A DNA stretch of 64,000 nt, taken from contig CAYHPY010000001.1 in NCBI GenBank assembly GCA_964358485.1, positions 17,382-81,381 of the forward strand. Reading direction: 5' to 3'. Origin of the DNA: an uncultured Elusimicrobia bacterium. Its GTDB lineage: Bacteria; Elusimicrobiota; Elusimicrobia; UBA1565; UBA9628. Position 1 is the first letter of the stretch. The number at the start of each line of letters is the position of its first letter. This document shows positions 52,732-61,557 of the stretch, piece after piece. The translations under genes and the position numbers were made by a program. The notes below the pieces were generated by a model. It was not told the origin of the DNA, searched no databases, and saw only the letters and a program-made list of their open reading frames with translations.

Positions 52732-53969
52732 ATTTCCGCGCCCGCTTGGCCGCGGTCGCGCTCCTGGCGTTGGCGGTTCGGGGCGCGTACATCCTCTCCC
52801 ATTCCCGCGGCGAGGGGGAACTGGTCGGCGACGCCCACCAATACCACCATTTCGCGGTCAATTTGGTCGAGAAAAGCTCCTACGAGGACGCTTTCGGCGA
52901 CCGGCTGTTCCGGATTCCAGGCTATCCCGTTTTTTTGGCCGGGATTTACGCCGTCGGGGGCCCGCGGGTGGCGGCGGTTCAGTTGGTCCAGGCCGTTTTG
53001 GGGGCCTTGGCCTGTCTCTGCCTTTTTTTGACCGCCCGCAAGCTTTGGGGGGAGCCCTGGGATCTCTTGTGCGGAGGCGGCGCCGCCTTTTATCTGGGGT
53101 TGATTGAACCCTGCGCCCGGGTCCTGAGTGAATCCCTGGGCTCGTCCCTGGCCGCCTATTTTCTCTGGGCCTGGTTTTGCCTGGAGGGGGGGGCCGCCGT
53201 GCGCGCGGGGGTTTCGGCCTTGCTCCTGGCGGCCTTGAGCCTGGTCCGTCCGGACTTCGGCCCGTCGGCGGCGGCTTTGGCCCTGGCGTCGCCCCGGCTG
53301 GATCCGCAAATGCGCGGGCGCCATGTCCTCATTTGGGTCGCCGCGGCCTTCCTGGTCTTCTCTCCATGGATCATCCGCAATCAGCGGGTCTTCGGGCGCT
53401 TCATACCGGGCTCGACCCAGGGCGAGGCCGGGATCTACTACGGGTTGGCTTTCCCGCTTGCGGCCCTGGGGGATTTGGGCAAGGTCGAGTATTTGCCGAC
53501 GGGCGTGCCGGAGTTGGAACAGCGCCAATATTATCTCAAGGAATTTCGCGCGCTTTGGGCGGCGACGCCCGCGCTGAAAATCGCTCGGGCGTACGCGTTC
53601 AATATCGCCTCGGTTTTTTACCCGTTTCTGCCCGCTTACGATTGGACCTACGCCTTTTGGGTTCCGTTTTGGCTTTGGGCCTGCTGGCGGCTCAGGGGCC
53701 GGCCCGTCACGAAGGCGGCCTTGTGCCTCATTCTTCCGTACCTGGCCGTGCATTTGGTCACCGGCGGGCCGGTTTCGCGCTACCGGGAGCCCATCGCGGG
53801 GGCCTTGCTCCTGCTGGGGGTTTCGGGGCTGAGGGATTTAGCCCAACGCTGGGAAGGCGGATTTCAAAAACGGGTGAATCTTTGGCTGGGCTTCAACTTC
53901 CTGGCCTATCTTTTTTCGCCGACCTTCCGGAGCGCGGCGTTGACCCTTAAGCGGATCGTCCTCGGCTGA
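52728..53969 (+). CDS. GT39/GT83-like (ArnT/PMT-type) GT-C membrane glycosyltransferase.
   Basis: HSRGEGELVGDAHQYHHFAVNL N-terminal loop and YPVFLAG, typical of dolichyl-phosphate-mannose-protein mannosyltransferase / ArnT-like enzymes. Confidence 0.55.
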   Translation: MNFRARLAAVALLALAVRGAYILSHSRGEGELVGDAHQYHHFAVNLVEKSSYEDAFGDRLFRIPGYPVFLAGIYAVGGPRVAAVQLVQAVLGALACLCLFLTARKLWGEPWDLLCGGGAAFYLGLIEPCARVLSESLGSSLAAYFLWAWFCLEGGAAVRAGVSALLLAALSLVRPDFGPSAAALALASPRLDPQMRGRHVLIWVAAAFLVFSPWIIRNQRVFGRFIPGSTQGEAGIYYGLAFPLAALGDLGKVEYLPTGVPELEQRQYYLKEFRALWAATPALKIARAYAFNIASVFYPFLPAYDWTYAFWVPFWLWACWRLRGRPVTKAALCLILPYLAVHLVTGGPVSRYREPIAGALLLLGVSGLRDLAQRWEGGFQKRVNLWLGFNFLAYLFSPTFRSAALTLKRIVLG

Positions 53970-55473
53970 GCTTGGCTCTGGACCAATCCCGCAGAATCCG
54001 GCGGTCGTTTTCTTCCATAACCGCGTAGCCCGCGCCCCAATAAAGCGCCAGCCCGGCGCCGCCGAAGCAGAGCAGGCCGGCCCAGCCCTGGACTTGGCCG
54101 TGGAACGCCAAAGAAACCGCCGCCAGGACCAAGGCGGAGAGAAACGGCCTGCGGCAGCCCTGATCGAGGAACTCGGCCCAGGTGAGTCCGAGGTGGCGGC
54201 GATGGACGAAAGTCAGGAAAACCGGCACCACCAGCCATTCGGCGGCCAAGAGGCCCGCCGCGGCTCCCAGAATCCCCCACCGGGGGATGACCAGGGGCCA
54301 GAGGAGGAGCACGACCAGGGCCTTGGCGCCCATCAGATAGGCCGAAAGCTCGGGAAAGCCCCGGCCGATGGCCGCGCTGTTGGGGAGATAGGTGGCCAGG
54401 TAGGCCAGGTTGGCCAGGACCAGGAGGCGGAAGGGCCAGGTGCTGGCGGCGCTGAAGTCCGCGCCGAGCCACAGGGTCATGAACTGCGGGGCCAGCGCGA
54501 AGGACAGCACCGAAATGGGGAGGATCAGGAAAAGGGAGAGCTCCGTGCCCTTGAGATACAGGCGGCGCAGGCGCTCCTCCTCCCCGCGGCCGTGGAGTTC
54601 GGTCAAGAGGGGGAAGGCCGCCGCGGTAACGGCCCCGCAGAGCATGTTGAATTTCTGGGCCAAGGTGGAGGAGACCGCGTAGAAACCGATTTGGGAGAGC
54701 GGCAAGAGCGAGCCGATGAAGACGCGGTCGCCTTGGAAGGTGACGATCCACATGAGATAGGAGGCCAGGCTTTTCCCGGAAAAGCGGATGAACTCGCGGT
54801 TTTCCCGGGGGTCGGGCCGGGACTTTTGGAGGAGGGTGTCGCGGACCAGCCAAAGCCCCGCGGCGGCCAGGGCGGCGTGGGAAAAAAGGAAGGAGGCGGC
54901 CACCGCGCGGATGCCGTGTCCCAGGGATAACAGCGCCAGCGCGCAGAGGGAGACCGCCAGGGATTGCAAAGTGGTCAGCAGGTTCCAGGCCTTGAAGCGC
55001 TGGGTTCCGTAAAGCACGTTGAGGGCGAATTGGAGGGCGAAATACGGGGCGGCCGAGGCGGCCACGAAGGCGAAAACGGAGGACGCCTTGGGGGCCAGCT
55101 CCGGGGAAATTTTCAGGAAACTGCCGGAGATCCACGCCCGCGCGCTCCAGAGGAGGGCGCCGCCGATGAGGGCCATCGCCAGCTCGAAGGCCAAAGTCCG
55201 GCGCAGGAGGCCGCCCAGGGGGCCCCCGGGGCCGCAGCCCAGGTGCTGGGCGCAGAATTTCTGGACGGCCACCACGGTTCCGAAATTAAGGACCATCAGA
55301 TAGCCGGCCAAGGTCCACATCAAAGTATAGAGGCCGTAGCCGTCGGAGCCCAGGCGGGCGACCAAATACGGGGTGATGAGCAGGTTGGCGGCCAGGACCG
55401 CGCCTTGCCCCAGCAGGTTCCATTGAACCCCTTCCAGCACGCGGGGGCCGACGGGGGGAGCCTTGGAGGTCAT
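53947..55473 (-). CDS. Wzx-like polysaccharide flippase (MOP/PST family).
   Basis: About 12-14 TM helices. WNLLGQGAVLAANLLITPYLVARLGSDGYGLYTLMWTLAGYLMVLNFG is typical of PST-family flippases. Confidence 0.7.
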   Translation of the reverse strand: MTSKAPPVGPRVLEGVQWNLLGQGAVLAANLLITPYLVARLGSDGYGLYTLMWTLAGYLMVLNFGTVVAVQKFCAQHLGCGPGGPLGGLLRRTLAFELAMALIGGALLWSARAWISGSFLKISPELAPKASSVFAFVAASAAPYFALQFALNVLYGTQRFKAWNLLTTLQSLAVSLCALALLSLGHGIRAVAASFLFSHAALAAAGLWLVRDTLLQKSRPDPRENREFIRFSGKSLASYLMWIVTFQGDRVFIGSLLPLSQIGFYAVSSTLAQKFNMLCGAVTAAAFPLLTELHGRGEEERLRRLYLKGTELSLFLILPISVLSFALAPQFMTLWLGADFSAASTWPFRLLVLANLAYLATYLPNSAAIGRGFPELSAYLMGAKALVVLLLWPLVIPRWGILGAAAGLLAAEWLVVPVFLTFVHRRHLGLTWAEFLDQGCRRPFLSALVLAAVSLAFHGQVQGWAGLLCFGGAGLALYWGAGYAVMEENDRRILRDWSRAKLSRGRSA

Positions 55474-55544
55474 CTCCCGACAATATCCCAAGTTGCCCCC
55501 CCGGCCGTCAACCGTGCTTTTGCTATCATGTCGTCGAGGACCTC

Positions 55545-56687
55545 ATGAGGATCGCCATCGAGATGGCCCTGACCGCGGGCGGCAAGCGCGGCGGAGACGT
55601 GTACGCGGACAATCTGGTCCGCGGCCTGGCCTCCGTGGACCCACTCAACGAGTATTTCCTCTTCGGCTACGCTTTTAAGGACCATGCCCGCAGGGAGAGC
55701 TCCATCCCCTGCCCCGATCGTCCCAATATCCGCCGGCTGATCAAGCGCTGGCCCCAGGGCCTGGTGGACCGGTTGGAGTGGGGGATGGAGCTTCCGGTCA
55801 TCGAGATGTACATGCGCCGGGAGGGCATGGACCTCTATCATTGCGCCGGACCGCGCCTGCCGCACCTCTCGCGGGTGCGGTCGGTGGCCACCTTTCACGA
55901 CCTCATCCCCTTCGCCCATCCGGAGTTCATGCCCGCCGCGGCCGTCGCCCATTGGCAGGCCTGCGAGCGCCACGCCGCCGCGACCGCCACCCGGCTCATC
56001 GCCTCCTCCACGGCGACCAAGCGGGATTTGATGGAGCACCTGGGGGTTCCGGAGTCCAAGATCAGCATGATCCTTTTGGGAGTGGACCGGGAGATCTTTC
56101 ATGGGATTCTGGACATGGAGGCCCTGGCGGGCGCCCGGAGGCGCTACGCGGTCCCGGACCATTTTTTGATTTCGGCGGGGCCCTTCGAGCCGCGGCGCAA
56201 TTGGGAGGCGATCCTGAGAGCGGCGTCCATCCTCCGGTCGCGCGGGCGGGATTTGGGCGTGGTCCTGACGGGGGGCGTCGTCGAGACGGCGGCGGGCAAG
56301 CTCAAAAGCCTGGCCGCCGAGCTGAAGGTTCCCCTGGTTCTGACCGGCTATGTTCCGATCAAGGATTTGGCCCTCCTTTATAACCTGGCCGAGGCCTTCG
56401 TCTATCCCTCTTTTTACGATGGGTTCAACCTCCCTTTGATCGAGGCCATGGCTTGCGGCTTGCCGGCCGTGGTGACGGCGGTCGGCGCTCTGCCCGAGAT
56501 CGCGGGGGGCGCCGCGAGCTTGGCGGCTTCCCCGGAGGCCGAGTCCGTGGCCGAGGCGCTTGCCCCGGTTTTGACCCCGGAGGAGCGGGACTCGTTCCGC
56601 GCGCGGGGCCTGGCCCGGGCCGCGGAATTGACCTGGGAGAAAACCGCGGCTGCCACCGTGAAAGTCTACGAAGAGGCGTGCCGATGA
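55545..56687 (+). CDS. GT4-family glycosyltransferase.
   Basis: C-terminal FVYPSFYDGFNLPLIEAMACGLPAVVT (E-x7-E motif region). Confidence 0.8.
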   Translation: MRIAIEMALTAGGKRGGDVYADNLVRGLASVDPLNEYFLFGYAFKDHARRESSIPCPDRPNIRRLIKRWPQGLVDRLEWGMELPVIEMYMRREGMDLYHCAGPRLPHLSRVRSVATFHDLIPFAHPEFMPAAAVAHWQACERHAAATATRLIASSTATKRDLMEHLGVPESKISMILLGVDREIFHGILDMEALAGARRRYAVPDHFLISAGPFEPRRNWEAILRAASILRSRGRDLGVVLTGGVVETAAGKLKSLAAELKVPLVLTGYVPIKDLALLYNLAEAFVYPSFYDGFNLPLIEAMACGLPAVVTAVGALPEIAGGAASLAASPEAESVAEALAPVLTPEERDSFRARGLARAAELTWEKTAAATVKVYEEACR

Positions 56688-57934
56688 GCGCCGCCCCCGC
56701 CGCGCCTTCCTTGGCCGCGCCCGAATCCATCGCCATCGGTTCTCCGTTAAAACGGGCGTTCTACGCCCTGGAAGCGATTCTCTTGAGGTTGGCCGGCCCC
56801 GCGGCGGAGGATGGGCGGCCGCCGACGCGTTGGGTCGTCTTTGGGCACGCCGCCGTGGGAGACACCTTGTTCCTCCTGCCCGCCTGGACGCGCTTGCGCC
56901 GGGCCTATCCCAAGGCGCACATCGCCTATGTTTCCAACCCCAGCCCGATCTCCCGGGAGCTCATCCCCGCGACGGGGCTCTTCGACGAGATCCTGGAGAT
57001 CGAATTGCGCGACGATTGGTCCTGGCGCCGCTCGGCCAACGAGCGGATTCAAAAAGGCCGCTACGACGCCGCGCTCTTCAGCCTATCGGCGGTCGTCCCC
57101 TATTTCCAGCCGGCCTTGGCGGGCATCCCCCTGCGGGCCGGGTTTCACATGGACGCGGTGCCGCCTGGGGCCGGATTTTTTTGGCGCATGAAAAGAGCCC
57201 TGGTGACCGGGGAGCTTTCGCGGCGGCTTTTGTTCAACCGGGCGGCCGTGGTGGGGGGAGAAGCCGAGAACGCCGTGGCCCGCAATCTTCGCCTGATGGG
57301 GGCGCTGGGCCTGCCCCAATCCTCCCCGGAGTCCGTTCCTTTTCCGGTCACAGACGCGGCCAAGCGCTACGCCTTCCAAGCCTTGGAGCCCCTGCGGACG
57401 GGCAAGCTGGTCGCCATCCATCCGGGCTCGGCCTCCAATCCCTACTTCAAGATCTGGCCTCCCGAGAAGCTTGGCCGGCTCTGCCGGCGCCTCATCGAGG
57501 AAGCCAAGGTCTCCTGCGTCCTGGTCGGCGGCGCCGAGGACATGCCCAACGCCGCCGCCGTCTGCGCCGCCGCGGGCCGCGAAATCCCCTCCTTCGTGGG
57601 GCGCTGCGGCCTGCTGGAGACTTTCGCCCTGATCTCGGAGTGCGACCTCTTCATCGGCTCCGACACCGGCCTGGCCAAGGCCGCCATCGCCCAGGGCGTG
57701 CCCAGCGCCACCCTCTGGGGCCCCACCGATCCGGTGGAGCTCGGCGCCTGGAAAAACCCCCACCGCCACCTGGATCTTCGCTCCGGCATCAGTTGCAGCC
57801 CCTGCGTCCGCCTGGGCATGCCCTACCCCAAAACCCCCGGCGGCCTCGACTACCGCACCTGCTCCCACCACGACTGCCTCAACAAGCTTCCCGAACCCGA
57901 CCTCTGGTGCCAGGTATCCACTTTCTTAACTTAG
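56684..57934 (+). CDS. GT9-family glycosyltransferase (heptosyltransferase-like). Its last 9 codons are encoded by a duplicated terminal repeat of the adjacent mobile element.
   Basis: Typical GT9 sequence: VAIHPGSASNPYFKIWPPEKLGRLCRRL…CVLVGGAEDMP…DLFIGSDTGLAKAAIAQGVPSATLWGPT. Confidence 0.75.
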   Translation: MSAAPAAPSLAAPESIAIGSPLKRAFYALEAILLRLAGPAAEDGRPPTRWVVFGHAAVGDTLFLLPAWTRLRRAYPKAHIAYVSNPSPISRELIPATGLFDEILEIELRDDWSWRRSANERIQKGRYDAALFSLSAVVPYFQPALAGIPLRAGFHMDAVPPGAGFFWRMKRALVTGELSRRLLFNRAAVVGGEAENAVARNLRLMGALGLPQSSPESVPFPVTDAAKRYAFQALEPLRTGKLVAIHPGSASNPYFKIWPPEKLGRLCRRLIEEAKVSCVLVGGAEDMPNAAAVCAAAGREIPSFVGRCGLLETFALISECDLFIGSDTGLAKAAIAQGVPSATLWGPTDPVELGAWKNPHRHLDLRSGISCSPCVRLGMPYPKTPGGLDYRTCSHHDCLNKLPEPDLWCQVSTFLT

Positions 57935-58848
57935 TGGTGCCAGGTATCCACTTTCTTACCTTTCTTCGTTTAGGGCTTTTGAAATCGTCGTAGGGGTCAG
58001 GCCCATGTGTCGGGCGATTGCAATCGGGGGATGGCCGACACGGAATGCTTCCAGGATGAATTTCCTCTTTGCGGAAACGGCTATGCGCGTTTTTATGGCG
58101 CTCCGAAAAACGTCCTTTGAAATCCCTGTCGAGGTCGATATTTTAATTTCAATTTCTCCAAAGGATGTCTTGTCTTGTCTGATAATGGGGGCCGGTTGGA
58201 ATATGGATGCCGCTGGAAGTTCTTCTAATTTTTTTCCAATTCCATCAAGGATGAACCGGAGATAGCCGCCGCCTTCGGCGGGATATTCGGCGCGCAGCAT
58301 CCCGGCCAATAAAGCCGGATCAATGAGTTTGATTTCGGTTTCTTCAAAGTATTCACGGTGGCCCGAATAGGGCCAGGCGCCGGGATTGGAAACGAGTCCT
58401 GCCCTTACCGGATTCAGGTGAATGTACCGGACGAGTTCCCGAAAATATTGATCTCTAAGACAGGGAAGCGCTTTGTAGCGATCCTGAAAAACATGGCCTG
58501 TTCTTCCGATATTCCAATTGAGGTACTTCGCATAGCGCCCCAAGAGAAGGTGCATTATCGTGGGAAGGGGGGTGTCCACGATTTCAAGCAGAAGGTGGAA
58601 ATGGTTGGGCATCAGACAATATGCGTGGAGTTTAAAAGGTCTAAAGCCCTTTATTTTCCTAAGCAATTCGATGAATTTTAGCCAGTCTTCCCTTTCAAAG
58701 AAAATTCTTTCTCGATGATTTCCACGTGCGATGACATGGAATATGGCTCCAGGATAATAGGTTCGAGGGCGGCGTCCCATACCCTTATATACGAGTGAGC
58801 AGGCTATTTTGTTCCACCCAAATGTTAAGAAAGTGGATACCTGGCACC
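57905..58848. mobile_element. REPtron/IS200-like element: a Y1 (HUH) transposase (RAYT) flanked by 25-bp inverted repeats, with the left repeat duplicated in tandem.
   Basis: GGTGCCAGGTATCCACTTTCTTAAC at 57905-57930 and again at 57935-57960. Its reverse complement GTTAAGAAAGTGGATACCTGGCACC is at 58824-58848. The interior is distinctly AT-richer than the flanks. Confidence 0.7.
57956..58780 (-). CDS. IS200/IS605-family Y1 transposase (REP-associated tyrosine transposase-like) with a C-terminal DnaA-C-like helix-turn-helix.
   Basis: HUH motif LMPNHFHLL and catalytic Tyr region RYIHLNPVRAGL. The C-terminal ~90 aa resemble a DnaA domain IV-type HTH. Confidence 0.8.
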   Translation of the reverse strand: MGRRPRTYYPGAIFHVIARGNHRERIFFEREDWLKFIELLRKIKGFRPFKLHAYCLMPNHFHLLLEIVDTPLPTIMHLLLGRYAKYLNWNIGRTGHVFQDRYKALPCLRDQYFRELVRYIHLNPVRAGLVSNPGAWPYSGHREYFEETEIKLIDPALLAGMLRAEYPAEGGGYLRFILDGIGKKLEELPAASIFQPAPIIRQDKTSFGEIEIKISTSTGISKDVFRSAIKTRIAVSAKRKFILEAFRVGHPPIAIARHMGLTPTTISKALNEER

Positions 58849-58868
58849 GGAAATCTTAGAATACTGAC

Positions 58869-59705
58869 ATGGGTCTTCGAGGGTGGGGGGTGCCGGCGCT
58901 GATGCTTTTTTCATGCGCCTGCGCGGACCTTCCGATTTCGCTTCCGACCAATATCCAAACCGGGACGGGGATGACGCAGGCGGATTTGAATCCCGCCGTT
59001 CCGGACGTGGCGACCGACGCGATGATCTCCGGGACGCTCATCAGCCTCATGGAGCGCAAGGACAAGCTCAAGTTGGACTTGCGAGAGGCGGAAGGGACTC
59101 CGCTGTGGGATATCCTCAAGCTGGGATCTCCGATCGGCTACTCCTTGAGGAACCGCTTCCTCAACATCGGGGTGCCGATCTCCGAGGGTTTGGCGCGCAA
59201 CTCGGACCCGGTGTTTCGGGAAAAGCTCATCGAGATGGCCCGTTGGGACAAGGAGGAGGTCCGCGCCGCCGCCTTGGTGGCCCTGGCCAATATCCATGAG
59301 CCCGCCCACTATGACATCTTCCGCGAGGCCATCGCCCATCTGGACCCCGCCGTGCGTTTCGGGGCCATGGAGGGCCTGCTCAACTGGGGGCACAAGGAGC
59401 GCGCGATTCCGCTATTGGCCGCCGCCTCCGAGCGGGACCCCGAGCCGATTTTGCGCGTCTACGCCGCCGCGGCCTTGGCCCGCTTCAAGGATCCTCGGGG
59501 CCTGGAGAAGCTCAGGTTCTTTCTAGACGACGGGAGCTGGCTGGTCCGGGCCATGGCGGGGCGCTACCTGGGCGATTACGGCAAGGTTGAGGATTATAAA
59601 ATCCTTTTGGCGCGCATCGGCCGGGAGCAGTCCAACGATTTCGTGGTGGCCGAGTACTGCATCGCCGCGCTCAAGCTTTTCGGCAAGAAATCGGAGGGGG
59701 GATGA
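58869..59705 (+). CDS. HEAT-repeat (PBS-lyase-type) lipoprotein or secreted protein.
   Basis: Signal peptide with Cys. Repeated LxxLxDxDxxVRxxAxxAL HEAT-like units. Confidence 0.6.
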   Translation: MGLRGWGVPALMLFSCACADLPISLPTNIQTGTGMTQADLNPAVPDVATDAMISGTLISLMERKDKLKLDLREAEGTPLWDILKLGSPIGYSLRNRFLNIGVPISEGLARNSDPVFREKLIEMARWDKEEVRAAALVALANIHEPAHYDIFREAIAHLDPAVRFGAMEGLLNWGHKERAIPLLAAASERDPEPILRVYAAAALARFKDPRGLEKLRFFLDDGSWLVRAMAGRYLGDYGKVEDYKILLARIGREQSNDFVVAEYCIAALKLFGKKSEGG

Positions 59706-60520
59706 GAAAAACTGTCCTGCCCGCCCTCCTGCTGATGGCCGCCGCGGCCGGCCCGGCGCGTTCCCAGCAGGCCTTGATCGAGCTCGAGGACCTGATCATC
59801 ACCGCGCCGATGGACAAGCTTCCCAGGGGGACCGTGCTGGACCCTCAGCTCACCCAGCATCTGCTTCGCCTTCTCCAACAGCGCGCCGACGCCCGGCCCG
59901 ACACCGAGGAATCCCTGGACGCCTCCGTCGGAAACCTCATCCGCCTGGCCACCGCCACCGGCTATAAGCTCAAGACCCGCTACACCGAGCTGGGCTTTCT
60001 GCTCACCGAGGGCCTGGCCGGGACTCGGGACTTCCAGCTCGCCAACGAGCTGGAGCGCGTCGCCAAGCTCGGCCAGAACGTCCAAACCCGCGCGGCGGCC
60101 ATGGTGGCCCTGGCCTATACCCGGGACATGCGCTATCTCAACCTCTTCCAAGGGGCCCTGATCGACATGAACACCACCGTCCGTTTCGGGGCGGTGGAAT
60201 CCCTGCTCCTCTTGGACAACCCCGCGGTGAAATTCCTGGTCGCCAACGTCGCCCGCGACGACCGCTCGGTCCCCCTGCGCCTCTACGCGGCGGCGGGCCT
60301 GTGGCGCATGGGCGACCCCTACGGCAAGGACGTGCTCCTGCGCTATTACCAGGACCGCGATTGGCTCACGCGCGGCCTGGCCGCCCGCTACCTCGGCGAG
60401 CTGGGCGGCGCCGAGGAATACCGCAAGCTCATGCAGCAGCTGGCCTCGGAACAGCATCCTTCAGTTAAGGTGGAGCTGTGCTCGGCCCTTCTGCGACTCC
60501 AAAAATTCAAGGACAACTAA
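59702..60520 (+). CDS. HEAT-repeat secreted protein, paralog of the preceding gene.
   Basis: Signal peptide MRKTVLPALLLMAAAAGPARS. HEAT-like repeats (…DMNTTVRFGAVESLLLL…). 4-bp overlap with the preceding gene. Confidence 0.6.
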   Translation: MRKTVLPALLLMAAAAGPARSQQALIELEDLIITAPMDKLPRGTVLDPQLTQHLLRLLQQRADARPDTEESLDASVGNLIRLATATGYKLKTRYTELGFLLTEGLAGTRDFQLANELERVAKLGQNVQTRAAAMVALAYTRDMRYLNLFQGALIDMNTTVRFGAVESLLLLDNPAVKFLVANVARDDRSVPLRLYAAAGLWRMGDPYGKDVLLRYYQDRDWLTRGLAARYLGELGGAEEYRKLMQQLASEQHPSVKVELCSALLRLQKFKDN

Positions 60521-60521
60521 C

Positions 60522-61166
60522 ATGAACCTATCGTTTTTAAACGTCGTGGCCCTCTCCGGCGGTGATTGGGTGATCTACGGCCTGCTCCTGTGCTCGGTGG
60601 TGGCTGTTGCCATCATCATTGAGCGCGGCGTCCTGCTGGCCAAGGAGGGCCGCAAGTTCCGGTCCCTGCGCACGGCCATGCTCAAGGACCTGGGCTCGGA
60701 CATGGCCACTTTGGAAAAAACCATTCACCGCCACGAGGGCGCCGCGGGGCGCATCCTGCGCGCGGGCCTGACCCAGGCCCAGCACGGGACCGCCGGGGTG
60801 GAAGACCTGCTGGCCTCGGCCTCGCTGGAGGAGAAGATCAAGCTCGAGCGCCGTCTGGTGGCGCTGGGGACCTTGGGCAATAACGCTCCCTTTATCGGGC
60901 TCTTCGGCACGGTGCTGGGCGTCATCAAGGCCTTCCACGACCTATCCCAGGCCAGCGCGGGCCCGGAGGTCGTCATGCGCGGCCTCTCCGAGGCTTTGAT
61001 CGCCACCGCCGTCGGCCTCTTCGTGGCCATCCCGTGCGTGGTGGGCTACAACTATTACCAGAAAAAGGTCCGCGACCTCTTCGCGGGGACCGAGTCCCTC
61101 GGCCGGCTGATGCTGGCCCAGGTCCGCACCCAGGGGCTCAAGCGCCGGAGCACGGATGCAGGCTGA
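60522..61166 (+). CDS. exbB: MotA/TolQ/ExbB-family proton-channel protein.
   Basis: Three TM helices. LGTLGNNAPFIGLFGTVLGVIKAF signature. Confidence 0.85.
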   Translation: MNLSFLNVVALSGGDWVIYGLLLCSVVAVAIIIERGVLLAKEGRKFRSLRTAMLKDLGSDMATLEKTIHRHEGAAGRILRAGLTQAQHGTAGVEDLLASASLEEKIKLERRLVALGTLGNNAPFIGLFGTVLGVIKAFHDLSQASAGPEVVMRGLSEALIATAVGLFVAIPCVVGYNYYQKKVRDLFAGTESLGRLMLAQVRTQGLKRRSTDAG

Positions 61167-61557
61167 TTCCGGCGACGAAACCGCGATCACGGGGATCAAC
61201 GTCACCCCGCTGGTCGACATCATTTTGGTGGTGCTCATCATCTTCATGGCCACCGCGCCCATGATTCAAAAGCGCGCGGTCAAGGTGGACGTGCCCAAGG
61301 CCTCCCACCACGAGCGCACCGCCACCGAGGCCCTCCAGGTGGTCTTCAACGAGCGCCGGGAGCTGACGCTCGGCGGAAAGGCCGTTTCCCAAGAGGAATT
61401 GTCCCGCGCCCTGGCCCAGCGGGTGGCCTTCGAAAGCGGGGTCCACGTGACCTTGTCCGCCGACAAGGCCCTGCCCTACGGGGAAATCATGGGGGTCCTG
61501 GACGCGGTCCGCGGGGCCGGGGTCAAGAAGATCGGCCTGGAGGTCCGCGCCAAGTGA
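61156..61557 (+). CDS. exbD: ExbD/TolR-family protein.
   Basis: INVTPLVDIILVVLIIFM TM helix with the conserved Asp, plus a periplasmic domain. Confidence 0.85.
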   Translation: MQADSGDETAITGINVTPLVDIILVVLIIFMATAPMIQKRAVKVDVPKASHHERTATEALQVVFNERRELTLGGKAVSQEELSRALAQRVAFESGVHVTLSADKALPYGEIMGVLDAVRGAGVKKIGLEVRAK

